64,000 nucleotides of DNA. It comes from Rhizaria sp. SCN 62-66. Taxonomy: Eukaryota. Below are positions 11,158 through 24,576 of this stretch, in pieces. A program made the translations under genes and the position numbers. The stretch is taken from contig MEDY01000120.1 of NCBI GenBank assembly GCA_001724265.1, positions 1 through 64,000 on the forward strand, written 5' to 3'. The notes beneath the pieces were generated by a model that searched no databases, was not told the DNA's origin, and saw only the letters and a program-made list of their open reading frames with translations. Numbering within the stretch: position 1 is the stretch's first letter; each line of letters opens with the position of its first letter.

Positions 11158-14100
11158 TTACTGCGCGCGCAGACGCAGTCCTGCAAGTCCGCTGTCGCCA
11201 CCATCCTTGTCACCGTCCTTCGCACTAGCGTCGTCATCGTCGTTTTCCTTCTCGTTCTCGGTGTTCTTGTCGTTGCCTGTCTTAACCAGGCTGCCCTTAT
11301 CAGCATCAGCCTCGGCCATAGCAGGAGCAGCAGCAGCGGCGGAGGCGGAGGCGGCGGCAGCGGCAGCGGCGGCGTCAAGTGCAGCGCCCAGCGCCCTTGC
11401 CGCAGCGGCGCCGGTGTTCGGCGGCTTAACTTCCTGCTGCTGCGGCTTAACATCAGACGCGGGCCCATTCGCCGCCGCCGCCTTCGCTGCCGCCTTAACT
11501 GGAGTAGCGGCCGCAGACGCAGACTGACCGAGCCCACTGACAACAGGCGCGGGCGCACTGCGGCCGGCACTGCTACTGCCGCTGCTGTTGTTCTTGGCAG
11601 TGCTGGCGCTGGTCTTAGCGGGGGGGAGATCGGTCTCGCCCCAGTAGCCGTAACCGGAGTCGTAGACGTCCTCCTCGTCGTCGTTCTTGACGTGATCGGC
11701 GGCGCTCACCGCAGCGGAGCCCGCCGTGCTGCGACGCTGCCCGCTCACGGCCGCACCGGCGTCGGCGTCGGCGTCGGCGTCAGCGTCAGCGTCGTCGAGG
11801 GGCTCAAGCGCGTGGGCAGCGAGCGTCTCGTGGTACTCAGCAGGCACGCGCAACGACGAAGTCAGGCGTTCCATGAGTCCCGGGTCGAGGCGCAGGTTCA
11901 CCACACCGTCGTCGGTAATGGAAATCTCCGAGGAATTCTCCGAGCCGGCCAGCGAGTGCTCCGAACCGGCGTCGGATAGCGCAGGCGTGTCGCGGCCCCC
12001 CGCGCTCGTCACACCGCCAGCAGCAGCACCAGCAGCACCAGTGTAGTCCGCAGTCGCGGGAGTAGTCGCAGTAGCCGAGGAAGAGAGCGCGCCGGCGGGC
12101 ACAGCAGCCTTGGCCGCGTTGGCGATGTTGCCGTGCGAGGCGGAGGCGGCGCGGGGGCGCGGGCGGGCCGTGGTCATCACCTCAAAGTTGGCCGGCGCAG
12201 TCACCGGCACGTTGCCCTCAGAGAGCGTCGCAGGCACCTTGGCCAGCTCGCCGTCGAGCGCAGCGGCGCGGGCGGCAGACGCGGGCCCGCTGACGCTGTT
12301 GCGCGCGGACGTGTTCGCGCTGCCGGAGCCGGAGCCGGAGTTGTAGATGGTGAGCCGCTGCGGGCCCTGGTCCGATGCCGAGGCCGGGAGGCGCGGAGAG
12401 GCGAGTGCCATAGCCACGGCCGACTCCTGCATTCTCTTGATCACCTCGCCGTCCTCGCTGTAGTCGCCACCGGCGGCGGCGCCTGCGGCCGTGGCGGCGG
12501 CAGAGGCGGCCGAGGCGAGGAGCCCGCGGCTGCCGCGGCTGCGCATGCGCGCCACGGCCGCCGCGGCCTTCTTGAAAACCTCGGGGGAGAAGAGGCGCAA
12601 GGACTGGAACTCGGAGCCGTAGATGCGCGGGCCCAGGTCGTCGACCAGCTTGCGCACGCGCAGACGCAGCTGCTCACGAACCTGTGAGGAGAGTTCACAA
12701 GAAAAACAAGTATTACAAGAAAGATATGCAACTTGGTGAGATATGCATGGAAGGTTATTAAAATAATATCAATATACAAACATGCTAAAACAAACATAAT
12801 TACCACTCAAAATATGCACACTAAGACTCTGCTTAGCTAACAACAAAGAATAAAGTTCGCTTTGCTCTCAGCAAACGTACCTCGCGAATGGCAGCGAGCT
12901 CTCCGCCTGACGCGTCTGTGACGGCGAGGAAGAGCGGTTTGAGCGAGCGGATGATGTGCATGCCCGTCTCGGTCGCGCGCACGCCGGCCCACATCATGAC
13001 TGGCTGCAGCACCGCGAAGTTGCCCCAGAAGGCGAGCGGGGACCGGCCGAGCGCGTAGCCGACGAGCGCGGCCAGCGTCGGATAGACCACGAGCGTGAGC
13101 GGCACCAGCGACAGCGACGTGATGACCTTCCACGACGCCAGCACGTCCTTGGCGGCGACCTTGACCGTGCTAGCCTTAAGCGCCTCCGAGGCCTTCTTGT
13201 GCGAGATTGAACGGGTGACGACGATGATCGGGATGTTGAGCAAAACACCCGGCACGGCAAGGAGCACAATGAGCACGGCGCGGAAGCCGCGCCATGCGAG
13301 CTTCAGCGCGGCGCGGGCGCGAGAGTTCACAGTCAAAGCGACCTAAAACGCACGCAATAGACGAAAGAGTGGCAAAACATATAAGTAATGATATAAGCGC
13401 TGTTTAAAGGGGATATAACACAACACACTATAAAACACACGTAGACATATATTATTTACATATAACTCAAGAATTGTCGTACAATAATTAAAGTACAGAG
13501 AGATATCCCACATTTTGTTTTTAGATCGTACCTGGTGGTCGCGGAGCCCGTACGTCTTGAGCAGCGCATTGTAGGCCATCACCTGCCCTGCCACGTCCGT
13601 GACCTCTGGGTCGTCCTTGACCTGCTCGTAGGCCTCTGCAAAGCGGCGGATAAGCACGACGGCGAGCTTGGGCGGCAGCCGCACTCCTTCAGGCTGGTAG
13701 AGGCGGCGGACGGCCCACAGCATCTGCAGATGGGACCAGGACGGGGCGCTCACGGTCACCGCCTTGAGCGAGTCCTTGATGATGTCCAGCAGAGAGTTGC
13801 ATGCCTCGATTTTCTCGGACCCGCCGGCGCGGTAGCGCGCGACGAGCTCCTGTCGGAGAGTAATGCAGCAGCAACAACAAGCGTTGGTAAAGGGTGTACA
13901 AGATAGGAATGTGGATAGGTGTACAGCAATATGTGAGCGAGTGTCAAGCATGAAAATAAGATTTGGGATACAATAAGAACAAAAATATCATCGATATATC
14001 ATTTTGGCATGTCGCTATTCAAGTCCAAACATTGATTTGGCATCGACAAGTGTGCTTCATTAAGATGCTCCAAAGCGATACTGGAGTAGACGTACCTGAG

Positions 14101-15621
14101 GCAAACCGAAAGGGTCTCCGAACTCAACGTATGCGCGGCCGCGGAAGCGGTGACCATGAAAGTAGTTCATGCCGACACAGACAATCTTGACGTCAAGACC
14201 AGGATGCTTGGCAGCGGCGCCCAGGGCCATGATCGCGACACTGTGAGTTAACCAGGAACAAAGCAAAAGACAAGAGGGGTAATATCCATTGAGTATGTGA
14301 TTGGGCTCGTATAAAACTATATTTACATGTCGAAATTATAATAATGAATATTATACTCTTATTTTAGTCATATTTTTCCATATATCATCGAGAAATATCC
14401 CTTCAATTTCGCTCTGCTTGTTTGTTTTGCATTTTGATAGAGAGATTTAAACACGTACCCAGCCTTGAGAGGGAGCAGCTCAGTGCGGTCGTGCGAGCCA
14501 CCCTCGGGGAAGATGCCGACGCAGTCACCGGCAGCAAGGCGGGACCAGACTGCGCCGAAAACCTGCATAAATAGAAAGCAAGGAGAAAATGAGAGAGCGA
14601 AAAGCGATTGTTGTGAGAATCGATTCTGAATGACGTCAAAGTCGCTTTAATTGAAATCATAAGCATATTTAAGAGTATAAACAACGCGTACCTGGTCCTG
14701 CTTAACCTTGGGCACGCGCTTAAACGACACGGGGGTCGTGAAGTCGCCGTTGGGATGCGCAGACTTGAGTGTAATCGTGGTCGCCGTGATGCTCGCAATG
14801 GGCAGCACTTCGCTTGCGATCATGATCGAGTCGGTCGCTGAAAACACCGTTGTGAAGTCGGGAGTCGTTGCGGCGCCGCTCTGGCCCGCCTTGGCGTCTT
14901 TACCGCCGCCGCTGTTGCCCGCGGTGGCAGGTGTGTTGACGGCGGTGACGGTAAGGCCGACGAGCGTGACCTTGCCCGGGACAGCTTTGGCCAGGTCCTG
15001 CGGCCGCTCGACGGGGATTGACCGCTGGGCGCGGGCAAAGGTGCCGATAAGGCGCTGGTGGTAGGACTTTGCGGCGATCAGGAATGACACGGGCCGCGGC
15101 ACGAACTGCTGCATGACGGCCGGGTCAAGGAACTGATTGGCGTGGGGCGCGCACACGAAGATGACGGGCCCCTCGGCGGGGATTGAGTGGGTGTTGCGCG
15201 AGTCAATGTCGCGGAAAAATACGTGCACGATGAGCGAGGTAAGCAGCGAGACAAAGAGCTCGAGCGAAAGATGCTCACGGTAGGCGAACAGCAGGCAGAC
15301 GATGCCCGAGACGGCGGCGATGAAGAGATACGGGAAACCGAGGTAGTTGAGGCCGAACATGAGCAGTGCGAGCGCGGGGCCAAGCATGAAGGCCGCGACG
15401 TCCACCGGCATGTGCGACTTGGACGCCAGCGGCGCATAGGTCGAGGACGAGCCCGCGGAGGCTGGAACAACAGCACTGCTACTGCCGCCAGCATTCATGG
15501 GGAGGGTGAGGGCGGAGGCGGAGGTGGGAGAGACGGAAGCCATCGTCGCGTGCGACTGCTGCTGTTGCTGCTGCTGAGGGCCCAATGTGGCGGGGTCAGC
15601 GGGGGCTGGAGCAGCAGACAT
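11158..15621 (-). CDS. GPT2/SCT1: Glycerol-3-phosphate/DHAP acyltransferase, fungal Sct1/Gpt2 type, ~1160 aa; exons 15621-14692, 14562-14459, 14240-14096, 13849-13532, 13342-12881, 12681-11158
   Basis: Motifs GPVIFVCAPHANQFLDP, FLIAAKS, IPVERPQD, GIFPEGGSHDRTELLPLKAG, GMNYFHGHRFRGRAYVEFG and STVKVAAKDVLASWK. Five in-phase GTACG introns; ends in TAA. Confidence 0.92.
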
Positions 15622-16779
15622 GGTGCGTCCGTTGCGTGTTTTTGTCGCTGTGTCGCGCGCGAGAAAGGGAGAGATATCTCGGCGATAGACAGGGAGACTG
15701 GGGGAGCTTGGGCGTGGTGCGCGCCGGGCGATGCCGATGGGGTAGCAAACGCGCGGCGAAGGCGGGGAAAGCACAGAAGGTGCCCGGGGAGCGCGGAAAG
15801 CTTGTGCGGGTGGTAACTGCGGGAAGTAAGGAGAAACGAGGCGGGTCGAGGGGGGTTAGGAACTGCAGCAAAGGACGATGATGGGGCCATGATTGGGTAG
15901 ATAACAACAGCATGCATAGACACTGTATGCAGCGTTGACGCAAAGGGAAAAATAATTAATGCATAAATCGCGGTTACTTGTTTGTACAAAGTCCGGCACT
16001 CGCAGAATCGGTCGACATGCCTCTTTATATCAACTTCACAGATATGAGAGCAGCTGACAAATAAAGACAGCCTTCACTCGCCCAAGATTCCAAGACGGGG
16101 ACGGTGGCCACCACAAACGCTGTTCGCCTCCGCAATACCCACGATTTCACCACCTATATCGACTTGATAACACTGCATCCTTTCCAAGATTAGTTGTCAT
16201 ATATGCAACGTGAATAATGTTGGCGTTTGGTATGTTAACTTCAGATTGTTATTCTATAAATCGTGAAACCTGAAAGTGTTACATGACTGAAATTGCATCG
16301 TAACAAAAATGTGCTACTATAATCGCTGCTTGTTGTATTACTACAAACGCGTGTATGGAAAACAGAGAGTACTTTGTGTTATGTGTACATCATTATGCTG
16401 CTGAAAAGGAAACTATATCAAAAAATCATGTCAAACAACACATGAGTAGCCAGCTACTCATTGCTGCTGTCTGTGGTTATTGGGTATTGGTAATTATGAC
16501 AAATGTAAGTACTTATACGACGCGTGTGTAAGTGTCCATGGTTGACTATCGACTTGGCCACTCCACTAAACCTTCCTTGCACAACTGCCATCAAAGCACA
16601 GTTAGTAAACAAACTAAACAAAACAAACACAAAACAATGTTTTACGCGTATGCGATGAGCTATTGTACCGTCTTGTTTTGTCTTGCGTGTGTTTTTTATA
16701 CGCACACGAGACGTCCAAGTCATGAGTTCACTAGTAACCCATGACTCACGTGTTACCGCACACCACACGTGTCACTTAC

Positions 16780-17647
16780 TTACGCCTCGAGGGGCATGTC
16801 GGTGGGCACGTTAAGGGCATTGCGCGTGCTCTTGCCGTACGTGTCGCCGAACCGGAACTGCTCGCCGCGGACAAAGCCCGAATAGCCGGGCACGTGGTAC
16901 TGCGGGCGCGCGCCCGCGCCGAGCGAGCCCGTGTTGGCGAGCGCGGCGGCGTTGGCGTCGGCGCCGAAGGCGGAGGAGTTGGCCCCGTTGCTGTTGCTGC
17001 TGGACTCGTAAGAGAGGGAGGAAGGGGCCTGGGGACCGGAGTGGGGAACGATGCCGCCGTGCGAGCCGTTGGGGCGCTCGTTCCAGAGGTCCTTGCCGCC
17101 GGGGGCAGCCTTGGGGAAGTTGTAGCCGAAACCCTGGGCGGAAGGGACGGCGGCGGCAGAGTTCTGGCCCTGGCCCTGAGTCTGGTTGAACTGGGAGTTG
17201 TTGCTGGCGCTGCTCTGAGTCGAGGCGTAGGCGCCCGCGGTGCGATCAAAGGCGGCGTAGGCCGTCTGCTGCGCGTTGGCGTAGGGCGCGGGCTGGGCGG
17301 GCTGTGAGGTGTTGAAGAGATCGACACATGGTGATAATGATGGGAAGATACAAATGGGAAGATACAAATGAATATAGCATAATTATGTTTGATGAGCGAT
17401 GGATAAAATCGGATATGCATAACTAAATGTAAATTGGTATTTAAACATCAAAGAAACTTCGGTCTAGTGTCGAGTCATCAATGTCAATTGCCGTGGTTTA
17501 ATAAAGAGTGAAACGTACGCCATTGTGAGACTTGTCGTAGGTGCCCTTGTAGTGGAACATGGGCTGCTCCTGGTGCGGCGAGATAAACTTGCGGCGGTCA
17601 CGGAACGTGTCGGAGTAAGTGGAAGTCCACGCGGAAGGGGTCGTCAT
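16780..17647 (-). CDS. FAM166/CIMIP2-like ciliary microtubule inner protein (PYG-type motif), 216 aa; exons 17647-17519, 17301-16780
   Basis: C-terminal motif YHVPGYSGFVRGEQFRFGDTYGKSTRNAL. N-terminal exon MTTPSAWTSTYSDTF is joined by a phase-0 GTACG..CAG intron. Ends in TAA. Confidence 0.72.
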
Positions 17648-18631
17648 AGGAAACGAAGGCTATAGCAGTCAGTCAAAGAAAGAAACGAAGAAACGAAGAT
17701 AGGTGGTGAGTGATGAGCTAAAGAGCGAGAAGGTTGCATGCATTAGACTGATAAATAAATGAATAATACAAGTGAAACCTTGTTGTTGCAGTTGTTTTCT
17801 GCATTGAAGTACTGAAGGTTGCTCTGTCAAAAGATGTTTTGCTATAGAAAATGCATGATTTGTGGAGGTGACATGGGCGAGTTTCGGGGATGGCTTGGAG
17901 CCCATGGGTTTCGCCACAGATAACCATGATTTTGCGCATACTTAGAGATATAATTGAGATACAATGTGCATAAGTAGTTTAATAAAGTAAATCACTTAAA
18001 AACAGTTGCTTCTAAGGTCTTTTTACGTCATTTAGGAACTTGTCGAATCGGCCGCAGAGAAACGACTCTCGCTTGCCTCGAGCGAGCGGAGCCCACCCAC
18101 CGCCGACGAGTTTTTCGGCCCAGAAAATCATTTACAATTTCAAATCAGCATAAATTACATAATATATCTAGCCTAACGCATGGATGTGCTAAAAATATCG
18201 CGTTTTCTTGTTCTAACACAAACATTATTGTCTTAAACCGGAAGGTAAAACTTGTGAAGAGAGTGTATACTATTGAAAAATGCGTTTGATCTACACGCAT
18301 CGACGCTCCTCAGACGGCTTGCAACTGATGAAACAGGCTCAAGCACGCAAAATAAAGCATGAAACAACATAATGCAAGGACAACTATACCATGTATCACA
18401 CATGATCTGCTATACCAAGTGTTGAACTCGAGACATAGCAACTGTGACCCGCTAGAGTGCGACTAAGCAACCAGTGTTGACTTAAACAAACTCACGAAAC
18501 ACTATATAAAACAAGCCTTCATACGGCACCAACATGTTGCCACTCACTAAATAACTCAAAATCTAAATAGAAACTCAGAACTCTCACTTGAATGTGAAAA
18601 CACCCGTTGAATAAGGCGCACATATTCGCGC

Positions 18632-19367
18632 TTATAGCTCGAAATTGGCGGTGAGGGACACGGCCAGGTGCAGGCGATCCCTCTCCCCACTGGCCACGGC
18701 AGTCATATGCGTCATGAGAGACGCGCCGGCCTCGGCGGTAACCACCTCGGGCAGCTGCTGCGCCGACCGGCCCGCCCTCCGTCCGCTGCCGCCGCCGCTG
18801 CTGTTGTTGCTGTTGCTGCTGCTGTTGTTGTGGTGGGAGGCGGAGGAGATTGTGTTGAGGGCAGTACCGGCAGCGTTTGCGCTTGCGTAAGGGCCCCGCA
18901 ATGCCTCGACGGCCGACAACAAGACGTCTGCGGAGTCGATTTGCATGCACAGACGCTGCCACGCCACGTTGCAGCTCTCCGCCTGCGCAAGAGCAGACGC
19001 AGCAGCAGCAGTGGCAGTGGCAGTGTTGGCCGAGTTGTTGGATGGGAGATGGGCGCGGGGGTAGGAGCTCTGCGCAAAACAATGCAAAAACAATATCACA
19101 GATACAAAGTATTGTGAGATGTCGATAAATAGTCGAGATTTATCGAGAGAACTTTATTCGAGTGAGAAAATGATGGAGCTGTAGTAAACGTACGTTGAGG
19201 GCGCGCTGGTATGCATCGATGGCGTCAACAACATGAAGTAGAGAAATCTCAGTCGTGGCAGTGCTGGCAAGCGGGGCCGACTGCTGCTGCTGTTGTTGCT
19301 GCTGCACCGGGTAGCCCTGCTGCTGCTGCTGGAGCTGTTGCTGTTGGGGGTGGTACTGAGGTTGCAT
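18632..19367 (-). CDS. Hypothetical poly-Q helical protein, ~203 aa; exons 19367-19194, 19069-18632
   Basis: GC-rich coding-like exons joined by a phase-0 GTACG..CAG intron, with amphipathic helices (EISLLHVVDAIDAYQRAL; AWQRLCMQIDSADVLL). Ends in TAA. A 5'-UTR intron at ~19615-19377 is probable. Confidence 0.65.
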
Positions 19368-19728
19368 GACCGCCCCTGAGCGAGAAACAAGATATGGGAT
19401 TTGAACACAAAGATGGTTAGTTGGAGCAATATAATTAACACATCGCAGAAGTAGCATATGTTGAAACAAGGATTTATTGCTGGCATTTCGAAACAACGAT
19501 GTGAATGTGGTTTGCTGGATTGGTTGACATGGGCTTGTGGTCGTTCGGCGGGGGTCCCTGCGCCGACACAGGCAGAGCCACAAACCCAAAACCGCGATCG
19601 CAAAACATATCGTACACCTTCAAATGAACGTCAAATGCGCTGCAATTGCTCTACCTGGACCTATTTTGCGTAGTTCTCTTACTTTTCTTTTTTCACTTTG
19701 CTACACTTGCCTCTGATTCAGACGCGCA

Positions 19729-22490
19729 ATGTCGTCTTCACAAGCCGCAAGCGCTGGCTAGGCCATCGCTGCCGCACCCGCCGCCGCCGCGCCCGCCGCT
19801 GCCGCCGCCGCTGCCCTTCCCGCCGTTCCGGCCGGCTACTCCGTGATTAAGGAGGGCCAGGCGTTTGTGCTCGTCCCCAAGGGCAACAAGGTGTTTTACA
19901 ACCCTGTGCAGGAGTTCAACCGTGACCTCTCGATCCTCGTCCTCACCCAGTTCGCCAAGCTCAAGGCTGAGGAAAACGATGCGCGCAGTACGTCAAACGC
20001 TTAAAACGACGTATATGCTTCAACATACCGTTAGATATTTGTGTGGTCTATTTGCAGCATTTCTTTATTCTCTATTGCACTCATATGGTAAAGCTTTGTA
20101 TCCACTCTGCGATCCGCTCACGCACTTGCCACCACACTCTCATTCCCGCCCACTGATATTTCCCTGCCACTAATCCTCAAACAGTTGCCGCCTGGCGCTC
20201 TCGCCGCGCCGCCGACCTCGCCAAGGAGGCCGCCAAGTCCTCCGCCGCCTCTGGCGCGCCTACCGACGCCGACGCCGCCGCCGCAGCCGCAGCCGAGGCC
20301 GAGGCCGCCGCAGCCAAGCTTCCTGTACCTGCCCGCATGCAGTACAACGGGCTCCGCGTCTTCGAAGCGCTATCGGCGTCGGGACTCCGCGCCATCCGCT
20401 ACTTTAAGGAGATCCCGGGGCTGCAGACGATCCACGCCAACGACTTGGACCCCGCCGCCGTGGCGAGCATCATGCGCAACGGCTCCTTCAACGGCCTCGA
20501 TCCGACCCGCTTCATCGCCTCGCAGGTACGTCGCGAAACAAGAGATATATATCCAAATTTTTTTGCACTTTAAAGTATGAAATGATTATAATCATAATTA
20601 TTTACTTGTTATCTCTCTCTCTATCAAATTTCATTGCAAAAACAAGTTTATCTGTATGCTCATTCAACTTGATCTCTCTTTCTTCTTTTCTTGCTCCTCT
20701 CACGACACGACACGACCCGACACGTTAAACACAGGGTGATGCGCTGACAGTGATGTACGCGAACCGCCCCACGTCGCAGGCGGAGCGCTCTGCCGCCACG
20801 GCCGCGGCGAAGGCCCTGGACTCTGGCTCCCTCGCCCACTGCAACTTCGATGGGACGCCTCTGCCCCCGCCGGGGCTTAAGGTCTCCAGCCTGGGGCTGC
20901 AGCCGTGGGACGTGATCGACCTCGACCCCTACGGCTCGGCCGCACCGTTCATCGACGCGGGCGTGCAGACGGTCGACGACGGCGGGCTCCTCCTCATCAC
21001 GTGCACCGACATGGGCGCGCTATGCGGCAACCACCTCGAGACGACGTTCGCCAAGTACGGTGGCATGCCGGTCAAGACGCACGCCTGCCACGAGGCCGCC
21101 GTGCGGCTTGTGCTGGGCATGGCCGACCAGGCCGCGGGCCGCTACCAGCGCGCCATCGTGCCGCTGGCGGCCTTCTCGATCGACTTCTACCTGCGCGTGT
21201 TCGTACGCGTCTATGCGCAGCCGGCGCAGAGCAAGCTGGCGTGCGGCAAGCGTGGGTACGTGGCATATTGCACCAAGTGCAAGACGAGCAAGAGCTTCAC
21301 CGCGGCCAAAGTCTCCACGCGCCCTCCCCCCGCCGCTGCCCCCGCTGCTGCTGCCGAGCAAACAGCTGGCGTTCACGATAACACTGAGTATCGTGGCAAG
21401 AAGAACAACCGCAAGAACAACATGAAGCAAAACAACAACAAGCAGAACTCTGCGAATAATAAGAACAAGAGCATGACTGACGTTGATGCTGTTGCCACCG
21501 AGGGTGCCGACAACGACGACGACGACGATGACGCTGACGCTGAGAACACCAACGACGCCGCTGCCCGCGGCACCGAGCTGAACCCCTGGGAGCTCAACGG
21601 CATCGCCAACGACGAAGTGCACAACCTGCGCTTTACGCCCTCGCTGCTGCCCGCGGACGTTGCCCGCTGCTGCGCGCACTGCGGCGGCGCCGTCAAGCTC
21701 GCTGGTCCCATGTGGCTGGCGCCCATGCATGACCAGGCGTTCGCGGCGCGCTGCCGCGGCTACCTGCGAGAGAACCGGGCTAAGTTTGGCACTGCTGCGC
21801 GAATCGAGGGCTTCCTCACGATGGCCATGACCGAGCTTCCGGACGCGCCGCTGTACTGGCTGCCGTCGTCGCTTGCCAACGTGCTGCACTGCCACACGCC
21901 CACCGTCACCGCCGTCGCCAACGCCGTCCGCAACGCCGGGTTCGAGTACAGCGAGACGCACTGTGCACCCGGATGCTTCAAGACCAACGCCCCCGCCTCG
22001 TTTGTATGGGACCTGATGCGCGCGCACGTCGCCACGGTGCCGGCGCTCAAGCTGCCCGTGTCGATGGGCCTGTCCCGGGCACAGTTGCTCGCGGGCCTGG
22101 GCCACTCTGCCACTGCCACTGCGACGGCGGCGGCGGCTGCGACGGCGCCCGCGCCTGGTGTGGCGATCACTAAGGAAGATGGCACCGTCGTGACTGTGGT
22201 GGAGGCCGAGGCCGCTGACAAGGAGGATGCCCGCTTGGAGGCTGCTCTGCGCTCTGAGTCGGCTGCTTACGCTGCCGAGCTCGAGGCCGAGGCCAAGACC
22301 AGCGCCAACAGCGCCGCCGCTGCGGCGAGTGCGAGTGAGCTGACGGCTGAGGAGAAAGCCAAGGCTAAGGCGGAGGCAAAGGAAAAGGAGCTCGACCGCC
22401 AGAACAAGCTCCAGAGCCTCTCCTTGTCTGTCGTCAATACCATTGCGGCGAACCGCGCCACGGTGGCCGCCGCTATCACCAGCATGACTC

Positions 22491-22537
<47 letters not shown>

Positions 22538-23522
22538 GACACTTCTGTCGTGAACGTGGCTGCCCTTGTGGAAGAGCTGGCCAAGAGCGGCAAGGCGCCC
22601 GGAGTAATTCTTTTGGCCCAGCCCATGACGCACAGCATCGATTTTAGCGCCAAGGGAGCCGGCGCCCGCGCCGCTGCCGCCGCTGCGAAGTACGTTTAGA
22701 TATTATTTTAAGGTCGCCATCGATATTGACATTCGTTTATTGTTTATTGCTATGTTCTTGTGTATTTATGTGTTAATTGACTTGTTATCGAGTTTTTTCT
22801 TTTCAAAGTCTCACATTGATGCGCTCTAAACCCTCTTTTGACACTCTTCCTACGCGTTGCTTCACGCTCGCATTGAACCATCTTGCTCTCTTCACATTGC
22901 TTTGCTTTGCACCTCTGTCTCAACAGGAGTGGCAAGGCTGCGACGACGACGGAGAGCGGCAAGCGCGTGCGCGTCCACTTCCCCAACCCGACCCCCTTTT
23001 GGGGCCCCAAGGCTGCTGCTGGCATCTTTGCCTCCGACAAGACCTACGACAACCCGAACATCGCGACTGTAACGGACAAGACGGCCGCGGAGGAGGCCGA
23101 GGCCGCGGCTGCGATTATGGCGGGCAACAAGGGCGGCGTTAGGTACGGCTATGCTTCCGATATCATCGCCTATATATCACGACGTGATAAATCAGCGATC
23201 ATAAAAGAGCACGATGATGACAAGACGAAGACTTGAACAACTCGAATTTGCATACTCCTCGCTTATATTGCTCCTATGTTGGCATTTAGCAATTGATATG
23301 TATAGATCGCATGAAAATCCATTTGTATTCTGACCATTACCCGCTCACTCGAATATCTATGCCCTTGAATCTTTGTTTTAAACTCTTTGCAGTGGCGGTG
23401 ACCAGACTGCCGAGATCGTTGCGTCCATGGTTGCAGCTCAGCGTGCGAAGCAGCTTGCCAACCAGGCCGGCAAGAGCAGGAAGCGCGCCGCGCAGGGACC
23501 CCCCAGCACTGACAACGAGTGA
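19729..23522 (+). CDS. TRM1: tRNA (guanine26-N2)-dimethyltransferase, ~966 aa; exons 19729-19987, 20185-20525, 20735-22689, 22927-23142, 23393-23522; in-frame TAG at codon 11
   Basis: Motifs IKEG..VFYNPVQEFNRDLSI, FEALSASGLRAIRY, ANDLD, DVIDLDPYGS, GGLLLITCTD, CHEAAVR, SIDFYLRVFV, CTKC..CAHC, GPMW, ELPDAPLY, SETH, KTNAP and FPNPTPFWGPK. Four in-phase GTACG introns; ends in TGA. Confidence 0.95.
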
Positions 23523-24025
23523 ACTCACTGGAGCTCGTAGTGATGATGAAGGTCTTATCTAAGTTGCTTACAAGAGTGAAGGGCCAGTGTTTGTTTTTTA
23601 GAACATGATTATAAGATATATACAGAAGCTTTAAGATTAATAACGAGTCAAAACAATATAGCATTATTTAATTGTTCTCCTTCTGTCATAATACTCTGAA
23701 ACAATAAGATATGACAGAAATATCTCTTGTTTAGTGGTAGATTTGATGTGTGTAACAGAGAGTGTGCGAGCGAGTGACGTAACGGATGGACTGAGCCGAA
23801 AGTGGCACTTCTATTTGCATGTGGTATGAAGCGATTTTACCGTTGACTGAATTGAAACGGACGCACAAGTATTTTATGTAGTATTTAGTATCGATTTTTT
23901 AATGCGTATGTGAAACATCGAAGTCTAGTGTGCTTACCAAGTCCTTTGCTTCTGCCTCTCCCAACTCGCGCTTGCTGCCCTTGTTCGCCCCACTTTGGCA
24001 GCGCTGCGCCGCTCGGTTCCGTCCC

Positions 24026-24576
24026 ATGCAACCCCTCGCGTCGTCCAAAACGATCTACTCCGACACGACGACGTACGTCAAGGCGGACCCCTCTGCGACC
24101 GAGGTCATCTTCGAGGCCGAGCTCTCTGCCAGTGAACAGGCAGCCGTCAACGCGCAGCTCGTACGTCCCAATGTCTCTTTCCTCAACAAAGTGTCGCTAT
24201 ATATTCCTAAACACGTGTGGGTTCTGACTCTAACATGTTATAATTTCTATTATATTGTGCCTACTGACATTTTTTTGATATGCGCTTATCTGTGATCTTG
24301 TACGTGTGTTTCTGGTTGTCTGGTTTGTTTCAGGACGAGCTCCGTTTCAAGAACGAAAAGTACCTCCGTGCTCAGGCCGACCTCACAGGCATGCTCGACG
24401 AGTTTGTCCAGGCCGCGCTCCGCGAGCAACCCACCGCTGCGCAGCTCACCGGCTTTGCTGTCGACTATTTCGCCGTCCAACGCAAGCAGTTTGCGTCTGC
24501 TCCTAACAGTGCCAGCAACAACGCCAACGGTACTGCCAACGCTGGCGCTGGGGCTTCGAGTGTTTCCACGAAGTGA
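24026..24576 (+). CDS. RIIAD1: RIIa dimerization/docking-domain protein (RIIAD1-like), 125 aa; exons 24026-24160, 24334-24576
   Basis: LSASEQAAVNAQL|DELRFKNEKYLRAQADLTGMLDEFVQAALREQP..LTGFAVDYF fits the RIIAD1 pattern. Phase-0 GTACG..CAG intron; ends in TGA. Confidence 0.75.

Noticed and set aside
19545-19570. GCGCAGGGA resembling the 3' end of a TPP riboswitch
   Set aside because: The CUGAGA, AUACC and GAUAAU core motifs are missing, and the neighbouring genes are not thiamine-related.
22690-22699. Apparent TAG termination of TRM1 ORF 20750-22699, and similar TAG ends such as 12833 and 13343
   Set aside because: These TAGs lie inside introns after GTACG donors or are acceptor sites, so they are not real gene ends and do not count against UAG reassignment.
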